A stretch of DNA of 43,852 nt. Origin: Planctomycetota bacterium. GTDB lineage: Bacteria; Planctomycetota; Planctomycetia; Pirellulales; Lacipirellulaceae. Positions within the stretch are counted from its first letter, which is position 1; each line of letters starts with the position of its first letter. This document shows positions 17,114 through 28,056 of this stretch, in pieces. The translations under genes were made by a program, and so were the position numbers. The stretch lies in assembly GCA_039190745.1 (NCBI GenBank), contig JBCCXZ010000029.1, positions 1 through 43,852 of the forward strand. The letters run 5' to 3'. The notes beneath the pieces are model-generated. The model was not told the DNA's origin. It was given only the letters and a program-made list of their open reading frames with translations, and made no database searches.

Positions 17114-19339
17114 TCAGCCGGTGGCCCCGAGACAATCGATCCGGGAACCCAACGGCTCTTCTGCAGATTTCCGCACAGTCCCGATAACTGCCGCGTCTGC
17201 ATAGCCCTCACCTCGCAAAAGACCTACCACGTCGCCCGCCCGCTCCACGTCGACCCCAAACAGTAATCCCCCTGCGGTCTGCGGGTCGAACAACGCCGCG
17301 CACTCCGGCACGGCACGCTGCTTGGGCGTCGCATCGATCGCCGCTTCCACGCCGCGGTTGGCCGCCGCCATCGAGCTCTCCTCACCCCGTACGAACAACT
17401 CAGCTGCACCCGGCAGAAGCGGCAGCGCACCGAGATCGATCTCGGCACTCACTCCGCTCGCCCGCAGCATCTCAAGCATGTGGCCGGCCAAACCGAATCC
17501 CGTGACATCCGTCGCCGCCGTCACGCCGCACTCCGCCAGCATGCCGACAGCAGGCCCATTGCTGCGCAGCATCGCGTCTAAAAGGGACTCCATCCACTCC
17601 GCCCGGCACTCTGCACGCCCTTGCGCCGCGAACAACACCCCGCTCCCCAAAGGCTTGGTCAGAACCAACGTCTGCCCTGGACGCAAACCGCCTTTCGTGA
17701 ACAAGCCCTCGTCACGCGGCTCCGCAAGCACCGTGTACCCGACGGTAAAGCGGGGCCCCTCGATCGTGTGCCCGCCGGCGAGTTCCGCCCCGGCCGCACG
17801 CAGCTCACGCACGCCGCCGGTCAATAGCTCGTAGAGCGCGTGTTCCTGCGCCGTCTCGGCGCCCTCGGGCAGCGTCACCGAAGCCAGCGCAGCCACCGGC
17901 CGCGCATTCATCGCGAAGGCGTCGCTGAGCGCGTTGAGCGCAGCCACTCGCCCGACTATGTAGAGGTCGTCCAGCGGCGGCGCGAAAAAATCGACCGTCG
18001 CGACGGCCCGGCCGCCACCCAACCGAACCACCGCCGCGTCGTCCGCAGCCCCGAGCCCAACCTCAACCGCTCCGCCACCGGCAGATACGCCGAGCCGCCC
18101 AAGCACCCGCTCCAACACGCGCCCGCCAACCTTGCCGCCGCACCCCACGCACCGCATCGGCTCGTCGGCCGTCGGTTTTGGCGGCGACATCCGCGGCAGC
18201 GAGTAGTCCTGGTACATCCGCATGAACTTCCCGTCGACGTGCTGCTTCCACCGCCAACACCAGCCCGCGTGGGCCGACCGGCCTCGGTAGTCGGCGATCG
18301 CCCGCCCATCGCCCGTGTTCAGCAGCTTCAAAAACCCGCGCTGCGGCCGGTAACGCTCAAGCTGACGACCTTTGAGCAGGCGACGTACGTTCTCCCACAG
18401 CACCGGCCCCTGCCGCACGGCGTACACACCAGCTTTGGGGACATCGCCCCACTGGATGCTGCCGCTGTCGCCCACCGCGAACGCCGGCTCACCGCTCGTT
18501 GACCGCAGCGTGTCGTCCGTCAGCAGGAATCCGCGTTCATCCGTCGGCAGCCCCAGCCGCCCCAAGAGGGTCGGCGCTCTCGCCGAAGTTCCCAGCACCA
18601 ACAGGTCAAACTCAACCCGCACCCCGTCCTCGAACACCGCGGCACCCGGTTCCACCGCAGCCACCCGCCGCCCCACCTCCAACCGCACGCCCCGCCGCTC
18701 CAGCTCCGCCAACACCTTCCCTTGCGCAGCGTCGCTTAGGCCCCGGCCTATCCCGGAGCCGTCGATCAGCGTCTGCTCGATCTCCACACCCGGGTGCTCC
18801 GCTGCAAACCACCCCGGCAAACAGAAGGTGATCTCCACCCCCGCCGCACCCCCGCCGAGCACCGCCACCCGCAGCGGTCGCCCAGCCGCCCGCCTGACCG
18901 CCACCCGCGCCGCGACAGCCAACCGGTCAAGGAATGTTTGCATCGGCTTGATCGGAACCACCCCAGCAGCCCCGTCGCGCACGAACGACATGTCCGGCTC
19001 CGAACCAATCCCCACGCTCAACACGTCGAAGGGCAGGGCAGGGCGGTCCTCGAATAAAAGTTCCTGCCGAGCAGGATCGCAACCGACAACATCGTTGCAG
19101 ATCAGCGTCGCCCCCGCCGACTTGCACAGCCGCACCAGATCGATCTCCATCGCTCTCCGCGGCAAGAGCCCGGCGAGCGTTCCAGGCAGCATGCCCGAGT
19201 ACGTCGCCGTGCGGAAGTTGCTCACGCACATCAGCCGCGTACCCGCTGGCCTATGCATCCGCCACATCCGCAGCACGTGCGCATTGGTGTGACCCACGCC
19301 CAGCAGCACGACGGTCTTGGAGGCAAGCTTGGTGTTCAT
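17114..19339 (-). CDS. selD: Selenide, water dikinase (selenophosphate synthetase) fused to an N-terminal FAD/NAD(P) pyridine-nucleotide-disulfide oxidoreductase domain
   Basis: N-terminal LLGVGHTN, YSGMLPG, GGGAAGVE, FAVGD, PKAGVYAVRQG. C-terminal MRCVGCGGKVG (Cys form), DDAA, TVDFF, NALSD, GGHT, TKPLGSG, TDVTGFGLAGH, DPQTAGGLL. Confidence 0.93.
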   Translation of the reverse strand: MNTKLASKTVVLLGVGHTNAHVLRMWRMHRPAGTRLMCVSNFRTATYSGMLPGTLAGLLPRRAMEIDLVRLCKSAGATLICNDVVGCDPARQELLFEDRPALPFDVLSVGIGSEPDMSFVRDGAAGVVPIKPMQTFLDRLAVAARVAVRRAAGRPLRVAVLGGGAAGVEITFCLPGWFAAEHPGVEIEQTLIDGSGIGRGLSDAAQGKVLAELERRGVRLEVGRRVAAVEPGAAVFEDGVRVEFDLLVLGTSARAPTLLGRLGLPTDERGFLLTDDTLRSTSGEPAFAVGDSGSIQWGDVPKAGVYAVRQGPVLWENVRRLLKGRQLERYRPQRGFLKLLNTGDGRAIADYRGRSAHAGWCWRWKQHVDGKFMRMYQDYSLPRMSPPKPTADEPMRCVGCGGKVGGRVLERVLGRLGVSAGGGAVEVGLGAADDAAVVRLGGGRAVATVDFFAPPLDDLYIVGRVAALNALSDAFAMNARPVAALASVTLPEGAETAQEHALYELLTGGVRELRAAGAELAGGHTIEGPRFTVGYTVLAEPRDEGLFTKGGLRPGQTLVLTKPLGSGVLFAAQGRAECRAEWMESLLDAMLRSNGPAVGMLAECGVTAATDVTGFGLAGHMLEMLRASGVSAEIDLGALPLLPGAAELFVRGEESSMAAANRGVEAAIDATPKQRAVPECAALFDPQTAGGLLFGVDVERAGDVVGLLRGEGYADAAVIGTVRKSAEEPLGSRIDCLGATG

Positions 19340-19374
19340 TCAGTACGCTTGCCGAAGCCCGGCCGCACTATTCT

Positions 19375-19406
19375 ATTGGCGAGAGAAACATCCATTGGCG
19401 AGAGAA
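19375..19406. promoter_or_regulatory. Perfect 13-bp direct repeat in the selD/selB divergent promoter region
   Basis: ATTGGCGAGAGAA at 19375-19387 and 19394-19406 (period 19). Confidence 0.45.
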
Positions 19407-19466
19407 CCGCCCACACCCTCGGTCCATAGTCCTCACCCAGCCCGCAAAGCTCAAGCCCCGCCCCCG

Positions 19467-21386
<1,920 letters not shown>

Positions 21387-21399
21387 CGACGAGCCCGCT

Positions 21400-22806
21400 T
21401 TGGACGAACCGCAGAACCCACTCCGCAGCATCCCCTCGGTCAGCCGGCTGCTAGCCGACCCCGCCGTGCAGTCCCGCGCGGAAGGGCTCTCGCACGCCGA
21501 GGTCGTCCGCGCCGTCCGCACCGCCGTCGACGCCCGCCGCGCAGACCTGCAGTCCAGCGACCCGCGACAAACCGACCTCGTCGCCGACATCCTCGACCAA
21601 CTCGACCGCGTCCCCCGCAACCCGTTGCCGCCTGTCATCAACGCCACCGGCGTGCTGCTCCACACCGGCCTCGGCCGGGCGCCGCTCACCGAAGCCGCCG
21701 CGGAGGCTGTCGCCCAGGCCGCCCGCAACTACGTGCCGCTGGAGATCGAACTCGCCACCGGCGACCGCGGCAGACGCGCCGACACGGTCCGACCGCTGCT
21801 CACCGCGCTCACCGGCGCCGACTCGGCCGCAGTCGTCAACAACGGCGCGGCGGCGCTGGTGCTCGCGCTCGCAGCCGTCGCCGCCGACAAAGAAGTAATC
21901 GTCTCCCGCGGCGAGCTGATCGAGATCGGCGGCGGCTTCCGCCTCCCCGAGATCATGCAGGCCAGCGGAGCCCGGCTCGTCGAGGTCGGCACCACCAACC
22001 GCACCCGCCTGGCCGACTACCGCCGCGCCATCGGCCCCGACACCGCCGCGGTGCTCAAGGTCCACCCCTCCAACTACCGCATCACCGGCTTCAGCGAGTC
22101 GATCGACGTGGCGCCTCTGGCCGCGCTCGCCCGCGAACACGAGCTGCCGATGCTGTTCGACGCCGGCTCCGGCGCCCTGGCTGATCAAACCCAGCAGGGC
22201 CTCCCCGCCGAGCCGTCCATCCAGGCCGCCGTCGCCGACGGCGCCCACCTCACGATGTTCAGCGGCGACAAGCTGCTCGGCGGCTCCCAGGCCGGGCTGA
22301 TTGTCGGCCATTCCGACTGGGTCCGCCGCTGCGAAACCCACCCACTCATGCGGGCCTTCCGCGTCGACAAGCTCACCCTCGCCGCGCTCGCCGCGGTGCT
22401 CCGGGCCCACGCCGACGCCGGCCCATCCCCCGAAGACCAGTCGCCCGTCGCCATCGCTGCCGCGACCGAGAGCCTCGACACTCTCCGCTGCCGCGCCGAG
22501 AGCATCCTCGCGCAGCTCGCCGGCCTCGAAAGCCAAGCCACCGTTAGTATCGAGCCCGCCGAGGCCTACCTCGGCGGCGGCTCCACGCCCGACGCGGCGA
22601 TCGAGAGCATCGCCCTCCGGGTGGCGCCCGCTACAATGACCGAAGACCGCCTCGCCGAGCGGCTCCGCACCGGCCCCGTGCCGGTTGTGCCCCGCCTGCG
22701 GGACGGCGCCGTCTGGCTCGACCTGCGGAGCGTCTTCCCCCGCCAGGACGAGCCGCTCGCCGCCGCCCTCCGGCAGGCGCTCGGCAGCGAGACAACAGAC
22801 GACTAG
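21400..22806 (+). CDS. selA: L-seryl-tRNA(Sec) selenium transferase (selenocysteine synthase)
   Basis: VINATGVLLHTGLGRAPL, VVNNGAAA, VSRGELIEIGGGFRLP, EVGTTNRT, KVHPSNY, FSGDKLLGG (PLP lysine). Confidence 0.96.
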   Translation: MDEPQNPLRSIPSVSRLLADPAVQSRAEGLSHAEVVRAVRTAVDARRADLQSSDPRQTDLVADILDQLDRVPRNPLPPVINATGVLLHTGLGRAPLTEAAAEAVAQAARNYVPLEIELATGDRGRRADTVRPLLTALTGADSAAVVNNGAAALVLALAAVAADKEVIVSRGELIEIGGGFRLPEIMQASGARLVEVGTTNRTRLADYRRAIGPDTAAVLKVHPSNYRITGFSESIDVAPLAALAREHELPMLFDAGSGALADQTQQGLPAEPSIQAAVADGAHLTMFSGDKLLGGSQAGLIVGHSDWVRRCETHPLMRAFRVDKLTLAALAAVLRAHADAGPSPEDQSPVAIAAATESLDTLRCRAESILAQLAGLESQATVSIEPAEAYLGGGSTPDAAIESIALRVAPATMTEDRLAERLRTGPVPVVPRLRDGAVWLDLRSVFPRQDEPLAAALRQALGSETTDD

Positions 22807-22837
22807 ACTACTGCGTTTATCAAAACCGAGACCTCAG

Positions 22838-22935
22838 GGGAGTGTGTGCACGCCTGGTGGCGGCCGCGGGCTTCAAACCCGTTGTGGGGGCTGTCGATGC
22901 AACCCTCAGGTGGGTTCGATTCCCATCCACTCCCG
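22838..22935 (+). tRNA. selC: tRNA-Sec (anticodon UCA), CCA not encoded
   Basis: GGGAGTG...CACTCCC-G acceptor; small D loop TGGT; anticodon arm GCGGG-CTTCAAA-CCCGT; long variable arm; T arm GTGGG-TTCGATT-CCCAT; 31 nt downstream of selA. Confidence 0.95.
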
Positions 22936-23062
22936 CTTCCGATACTCGCTTCTGGACCGTAATGGATTTTGCTTCAGATGATTAAGTTTGCCCGTCTCTA
23001 TCAACGACACTTATTCGTAAACCACACCTTGTTCCTCTCGTTGACTCTAAAACATACCTGCC

Positions 23063-23830
23063 ATGAATCTCTCACCCTTAGAAGAGTTACTAGGCCGTCC
23101 GGTACCGACAGCAATAGTATCGCTGTACAGCCAACTTGACCCAGTTGGCAACACCCTCGACGTCATGAGGCTACTGACAGTAGCCGAAGCCGTCCAAGCT
23201 ACCCTAGACATTCGGGCGTTTTACACCGATCTAAGCACTGAATTGTTGTTTCTGTGGACAGATGACAATAGCAACTACGCCGGCGTGTATACCGCCGGAG
23301 ACTTGGCTCCCCGAGTCGCTATACTCGACCACGAAGAACCTGATGCTACTCCTGCTTTTTTTGGAATTGAGTCGTTTCGATCTACTCGTCAGCTCGCGGC
23401 CCAAGAGGGCTTGTCGTGGTACGAATTCTCGACTGACTACCCAGTTCGTGTTGAGGAGGATTACCCACTGGCACAGGCTGACATAGCCCTGGGAGTTCAG
23501 TATCTAAAGCGCTACCAGGACCAGCCGGAAAACAATCGATCCCTTGCCTTCTACGCACTTAACCTACTGCCTACATCGCATATGGGAATGACGAGAGACC
23601 TCCTATTCTCGAAAGACATGTGGGTACAGGAAAGGGCTTGCGAAGTAGTTGGTATGCGACAACACGCTCCGGCAATCGATGACCTAGAGAGTGTTGCTCG
23701 TGAAGGACTACATAACGGTAGAATCGCCGCGATCATTGCCCTAGAGTCCATTGGGACAACCGAAGCAAATGCCAAGCTCAGGACCTTGTCAAGAGAGCTT
23801 GGCCCGAATTACCTCCCTTACTTCCGATGA
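23063..23830 (+). CDS. SMI1/KNR4 (SUKH)-like domain plus C-terminal HEAT-like repeats; putative toxin immunity protein
   Basis: LEELLGRPVPTAIVSLY, RLLTVAEA, LWTDDNSNYAGVY, ILDHEE resemble SUKH; DMWVQERACEVVG and RIAAIIALESIG are HEAT-like. Visibly AT-richer than flanking genes. Confidence 0.6.
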   Translation: MNLSPLEELLGRPVPTAIVSLYSQLDPVGNTLDVMRLLTVAEAVQATLDIRAFYTDLSTELLFLWTDDNSNYAGVYTAGDLAPRVAILDHEEPDATPAFFGIESFRSTRQLAAQEGLSWYEFSTDYPVRVEEDYPLAQADIALGVQYLKRYQDQPENNRSLAFYALNLLPTSHMGMTRDLLFSKDMWVQERACEVVGMRQHAPAIDDLESVAREGLHNGRIAAIIALESIGTTEANAKLRTLSRELGPNYLPYFR

Positions 23831-23975
23831 ATTGATTCCGTGGCCGATGGGCTGTCAGGTTCGGTTGCTGCCTAGCACTGATATCCTTTAGTCGATGGAT
23901 CAACAGCCGGCTAATCCTCTTGGCACTATCGAACGAAAGCTTGCCAACCCGTCTTCACCGGCCCTTGCATCGCAA

Positions 23976-24941
23976 TCAGCCAACCACATTCCTCACCACC
24001 CCCGCCTGCCACGCCGCAAGGTTCCCCACCACGCAATCCAACAACCGCCGCCGCGCCGCCGTCGTCGCCCACGCGATGTGCGGCGTCACGTAGCAGTTCT
24101 TCGCTGAGAGCAGCGGGTTGTCGGCCGGCGGCGGCTCGGTTGAGAGCACGTCCAGCCCCGCCCCCGCGAGTTGGCCCGCGTTGAGCGTGTCGGCCAGCGC
24201 CGCTTCGTCCACCAACGGGCCCCGGCCGGTGTTCACCAGCCACGCCGTCGGCTTCATCGTCGCCAGCCGCTCACGGCTGACCAGCCCCGCCGTTTCCGGC
24301 GTCAGCGGGCAGTGCAGGCTCACCACGTCCGAGGCGGCAAACACCTCGTCCACCGTCGCCGGCCGCACGCCGGCCGACGCTTCGACCGGACGCCGCGACG
24401 CAGCGAGCACCTCCATCCCAAACGCCCCGGCGATCCGCGCCACCGCCCGGCCCGTCTTGCCGAAACCGACCACGCCCAAGGTCCGCCCGGCCAGCTCCAC
24501 TAGCGTGCCGTCCCAGAAGCAGAAGTCCGGCGACGCCGTCCACCGCCCGTCGCGGACCGCCGCCGCGTGGCCCGCCGTCCGGTTCGCAAGATTCAAGATA
24601 TGCGCGAACACCGCCTGGGCAACCGACTCTGTGCCGTAGTCCGGCACGTTCGTCACCGCGACGCCCCGCTCGGCCGCCGCCGCGAGGTCCACGACGTTCG
24701 TCCCCGTGGCCGTCACGCCGATGTACCGCAGCTCCGGCAGCGCCTCAATAGCGGCCCGGTCGAGCACGCACTTGTTCGTCAGCAACGCCGCCGCCCCCGC
24801 GGCCCGCTCCAGCAGCTCCGCCGGCGCGGTGCGGTCGTGAACCGTCAGCTCCCCCAACGCCTCCAGCGGCGCCCAATCCAGATCGCCCGGGTTCATCGTG
24901 TGCCCGTCGAGCACGACGATCTTGGTTGCAGTGGCGCTCAA
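23976..24941 (-). CDS. D-2-hydroxyacid dehydrogenase (glycerate dehydrogenase / HprA-like)
   Basis: [60 protein letters not shown]. Probable TTG start at 24941 overlapping the upstream TGA. Confidence 0.9.
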   Translation of the reverse strand: MSATATKIVVLDGHTMNPGDLDWAPLEALGELTVHDRTAPAELLERAAGAAALLTNKCVLDRAAIEALPELRYIGVTATGTNVVDLAAAAERGVAVTNVPDYGTESVAQAVFAHILNLANRTAGHAAAVRDGRWTASPDFCFWDGTLVELAGRTLGVVGFGKTGRAVARIAGAFGMEVLAASRRPVEASAGVRPATVDEVFAASDVVSLHCPLTPETAGLVSRERLATMKPTAWLVNTGRGPLVDEAALADTLNAGQLAGAGLDVLSTEPPPADNPLLSAKNCYVTPHIAWATTAARRRLLDCVVGNLAAWQAGVVRNVVG

Positions 24942-25846
24942 GCTTGGCCCCACTCAAAGCCCGACATCCGTGACAGCGCCTTCACCAGCGCATGCGTGCC
25001 GTCCTTCGCGTGCCCTTCCAAAGCGGCCCGGTCGTAGAGTTCCTTGGCCAGCTCCAGCCCCGGCATCTGGAGGCCCATCCGCTCGGCCTCTTCCAGCGCT
25101 ATGCCCATGTCCTTCAGGAAATGCTCGATAAAGAACCCCGGCTCGAAGTTGCCGGCGATCATCCGCGGCCCGAGATTCGAGAGCGTCCAGCTCCCCGCCG
25201 CCCCGGGGGCGACCGACTGCAAGACCGTCTCCAGGTCGAGCCCCGCACGGTGGGCGTAGATGAGCGCCTCGCAGACGCTGATCATAATGCCCGCCACCAG
25301 CGTCTGGTTCGCCATCTTCGTGTGCTGCCCGGCGCCCGGCCCGCCCTGGCGGACCCAGGTCTTGCCCATGATCTCCCACAGCGGCGCCAAGTCGCTCACG
25401 GCTTGCTCCTCACCGCCGATCATGATCGACAGCGTCCCACCGCGGGCCCCGATGTCTCCGCCGGAGACCGGCGCGTCGATCGCCGCCACGCCGCGGGCCG
25501 CTGCGGCCTCGGCGATCTCCACCGCCAGCGCCGGCTGGCTGGTGGTCATGTCGACCAGCACCCCGCCTTCCCGCATCGCGGCGAGCGCCCCGCCGTCGCC
25601 AAGTAGCACGTTGCGCACGTCGTCCGGCATCCCAACGATAGAAAAGACCACGTCCGAAGCCTCGGCCACCGCCGCCGGCCCGTCGACCGCCGTCGCCCCC
25701 AGCTCCACGAGCGGCGCAGTCTTCGCCGCCGTGCGGCTGTAAACCGTCGCCGAGTACCCCGCCTCGATCAGCCGCCGGCACATACTGCCGCCCATGACCC
25801 CCGTGCCAATCCAGCCGATGCGTGTCTGTTCCGGATTGATTTGCAT
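24938..25846 (-). CDS. 3-hydroxyisobutyrate dehydrogenase / 2-hydroxy-3-oxopropionate reductase family NAD(P)-dependent oxidoreductase
   Basis: [42 protein letters not shown]. Confidence 0.9.
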   Translation of the reverse strand: MQINPEQTRIGWIGTGVMGGSMCRRLIEAGYSATVYSRTAAKTAPLVELGATAVDGPAAVAEASDVVFSIVGMPDDVRNVLLGDGGALAAMREGGVLVDMTTSQPALAVEIAEAAAARGVAAIDAPVSGGDIGARGGTLSIMIGGEEQAVSDLAPLWEIMGKTWVRQGGPGAGQHTKMANQTLVAGIMISVCEALIYAHRAGLDLETVLQSVAPGAAGSWTLSNLGPRMIAGNFEPGFFIEHFLKDMGIALEEAERMGLQMPGLELAKELYDRAALEGHAKDGTHALVKALSRMSGFEWGQA

Positions 25847-25851
25847 GATGT

Positions 25852-26025
25852 AACCGCCGATGAACGCGGATGAACGCGGATGAAGAAAAAAGGGATTCGA
25901 GTACCTTCTCTAGGAGGGTTCTCTGTGCTCGATTCATTCTCACGTCAAGAAAACGTTATCGCCCTCGGAGAGGCCTTCTTCAATCTGTCTTTCTTATCTG
26001 CGTCAATCGGCGTTCATCGGCGGTT
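25852..26025. repeat. Composite palindromic element B: outer (GATGAACGCG)n-type inverted repeat enclosing a degenerate copy of the element A REP pair (25909-25982)
   Basis: 30-bp arms aaccgccgatgaacgcggatgaacgcggat (25852-25881) and atctgcgtcaatcggcgttcatcggcggtt (25996-26025), 4 mismatches. Inner TCTAGGAGGGTTCTCTGTGCTCGAT and reverse-complement TGAAGAAGGCCTCTCCGAGGGCGAT. Confidence 0.8.
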
Positions 26026-26036
26026 CCGTTCTTGGG

Positions 26037-26942
26037 TCAAAGTTTCCAATCCGCCGCCCGCTCGCGCACCAGCTCCGTCAGCCGCAGCAGCGTCGGCACG
26101 TCCAGCTGCTCCGTGCGCGTGTCCTCGGTAAACTCCATCTCCGCGAGCACCTCATCGACTTCGGCCTTGGTGAGGTGACGCTTCATCGCCGCCACGACGT
26201 TCGCCCGCAGGAACTTCCGGCGGTGCAGGAACAACGCCTTGGTGAACTGGTGAAAGTAGTGCAGGTCGGGCACCGTCGACCGACGCTCCGGGTCGACCGT
26301 GATCCGCACGATCGCCGAATGCACCTTCGGCGCCGGCCAGAACACCTTGGGCTGCATCACCCGCACGATCTCGGTCTCCGCCTGGCACTGCATCCACACG
26401 CTCAGCGAGCCGTAGTCCTTCGACCACGGGTCCGCCACGATCCGGTCCGCCAGCTCCTTCTGGATCGTCGCCGTCATCGAGTGCGGCAGGTGCTCGCACG
26501 AGAGCAGGTTCGACAGCACCGGCGTGGCGATGTTGTACGGCAGGTTGGCGACCAGCTTGAACCGCCGACCCGGGTGCTCGGCGAGCTTCTCACCCACCGC
26601 CTCCATCACCGCCGGGTGGAAGTGGTTCTTGTTCTTCAGCGCGTCCTGCTGGAGCATCGTCACGTTGCCCAGCGGCAGGAGCAGCTCGCTGGCGAGCTCG
26701 AAGAGGTGCCCGTCGATCTCCACGGTCACTACTTCAGCGGCCTGCTCGGCCATGAGCGCCGTGAGCGCCCCCGTGCCGGTGCCGACCTCCAGCACGATGT
26801 CGTCTTTGGTGAGCAGCGCCGAGTCGACGATCATCCTCTGCAGGTTGAGGTCGATCAGAAAATTCTGCCCGTGCCGCGTCGCCGGCTCGATCCCGACCTC
26901 ACGGAACCGCTCCATCAGAAAAGACTTTGTTTGACGGGGCAT
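26037..26942 (-). CDS. rsmA: 16S rRNA adenine dimethyltransferase (KsgA)
   Basis: HGQNFLID, LEVGTGTGALT, VANLPYNIATP, YGSLSV, FWPAPKVHSA, RRKFL. ATG at 26942. Confidence 0.95.
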   Translation of the reverse strand: MPRQTKSFLMERFREVGIEPATRHGQNFLIDLNLQRMIVDSALLTKDDIVLEVGTGTGALTALMAEQAAEVVTVEIDGHLFELASELLLPLGNVTMLQQDALKNKNHFHPAVMEAVGEKLAEHPGRRFKLVANLPYNIATPVLSNLLSCEHLPHSMTATIQKELADRIVADPWSKDYGSLSVWMQCQAETEIVRVMQPKVFWPAPKVHSAIVRITVDPERRSTVPDLHYFHQFTKALFLHRRKFLRANVVAAMKRHLTKAEVDEVLAEMEFTEDTRTEQLDVPTLLRLTELVRERAADWKL

Positions 26943-26999
26943 AGAAGTCCGCTGGTGTTGTTCCAAGGGTCCTAGGCACGATCTCTTCGTCGATGAAGA

Positions 27000-27362
27000 C
27001 TATCCGTGTTCGGGTGTGCCGTCCGATTCCGGGGATCTCAGTATAAAATCCGTTATCTGTTGGGAGAAATGATCGCCATTCGCAAACATCTCAAGCGTTT
27101 CGATAAAGCCCGCGCTGTCCAGGAAGATCAGAGCCCCACCGCCATGTTCAATGCCTTCTGACTCAATAAAGGGCCCGTCGATCGGAGATTTGCAATGCAG
27201 CGCAGGCAAGTTGGCAGGTACGGCGAGCGTAGTGAAGGACCCGCATCCCGTGAATTCACGGCTACAAGGCTTCGCACTGCGAATCTGTATCGACAGGTTG
27301 GGGATTTCTATGTTTTGAGCAATCCACTCCAGAACACTCTTTTCTAGCTCCGTGTATTCCAT
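27000..27362 (-). CDS. Small hypothetical protein (REFTGxG motif), possibly immunity-protein-like
   Basis: 120-aa ORF filling the gap between ribE and rsmA on the same strand; AT-richer; SREFTGCGSFT and HGGGALIFLD..GFIETLEMF. Confidence 0.6.
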   Translation of the reverse strand: MEYTELEKSVLEWIAQNIEIPNLSIQIRSAKPCSREFTGCGSFTTLAVPANLPALHCKSPIDGPFIESEGIEHGGGALIFLDSAGFIETLEMFANGDHFSQQITDFILRSPESDGTPEHG

Positions 27363-27420
27363 CGTTTTCAGAAACGAGCGTTAGGTGTGCGGAGTGCAAT
27401 AAGCAGCTGCAAGGCCCTAC

Positions 27421-28023
27421 TCATCGCTTATCGTTCATCGCTTTCAACTGCTGTTCGACATACTTTGCCAGCACGTCCGTTTCTAGGTTCACCCGATCGC
27501 CAACCGCCCGCCCGCCCAGCGTCGTTACCGACAGAGTGTGCGGGATGAGCGCCACGCTGAACCGCTCCGCCTCGACGTCCACCAGCGTCAGGCTCACGCC
27601 GTCGACCGCTACCGAGCCCTTGCTCGCCATCTGCCGGGTGAGCCCCGCCGGAACACGGAACCAGAACGTCGACCACTCCTCATCGTCGATCCGCTCGTCG
27701 ACCGTGCCGACGCCGTCGACGTGCCCCTGCACGATGTGCCCGCCGAGCTTGTCGCCCGCCGCGAGCGACGGCTCCAGGTTCACGCGGGCGCCCGCCGCGA
27801 ACTCGCCGAGGTTGGTCCTTGCCAACGTCTCCGGGCCGGCCTCAAAGGCGAGCGCGTCGCTCGCGATCTCTACCACGGTCAAGCAGCAGCCGTTGATCGC
27901 GACGCTGTCGCCAATCCCCGCGCCCGCCGCTATCGACGCGTCCTCGATCACCAGCCGCTTCCCGGGCGGCGCATCAATTACTTCTCGCACCGTCCCCAAA
28001 CTCTGCACCAACCCGGTAAACAT
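27421..28023 (-). CDS. ribE: Riboflavin synthase (alpha chain)
   Basis: MFTGLV start, GDSVAINGCCLTV, GGHIVQGHVDG, KGSVAVDGVSLT, VNLETDVLAKY. Confidence 0.96.
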   Translation of the reverse strand: MFTGLVQSLGTVREVIDAPPGKRLVIEDASIAAGAGIGDSVAINGCCLTVVEIASDALAFEAGPETLARTNLGEFAAGARVNLEPSLAAGDKLGGHIVQGHVDGVGTVDERIDDEEWSTFWFRVPAGLTRQMASKGSVAVDGVSLTLVDVEAERFSVALIPHTLSVTTLGGRAVGDRVNLETDVLAKYVEQQLKAMNDKR

Positions 28024-28056
28024 CGTCCTCTCGCTTCCTTCAAACCTCGCCGCAAC

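Noticed and set aside
22936..23975. Intact integrative element at tRNA-Sec
   Set aside because: No integrase and no duplicated tRNA 3' end found; reported only as a possible remnant.
23976..24941. D-2-hydroxyacid dehydrogenase as a D-lactate-using part of the murein pathway
   Set aside because: Sequence looks like an ordinary glycerate dehydrogenase in a separate housekeeping operon; no positional link.
25852..25884. GATGAACGCG tandem units as a CRISPR array
   Set aside because: Units are 10 bp and contiguous with no spacers; they form one arm of an inverted repeat, and no cas genes are present.
27380..27386. GTTAGGT as an integron attC core site for the orphan gene 27000-27362
   Set aside because: Wrong orientation relative to the ORF, no matching inverse core or attC hairpin downstream, and no integrase.
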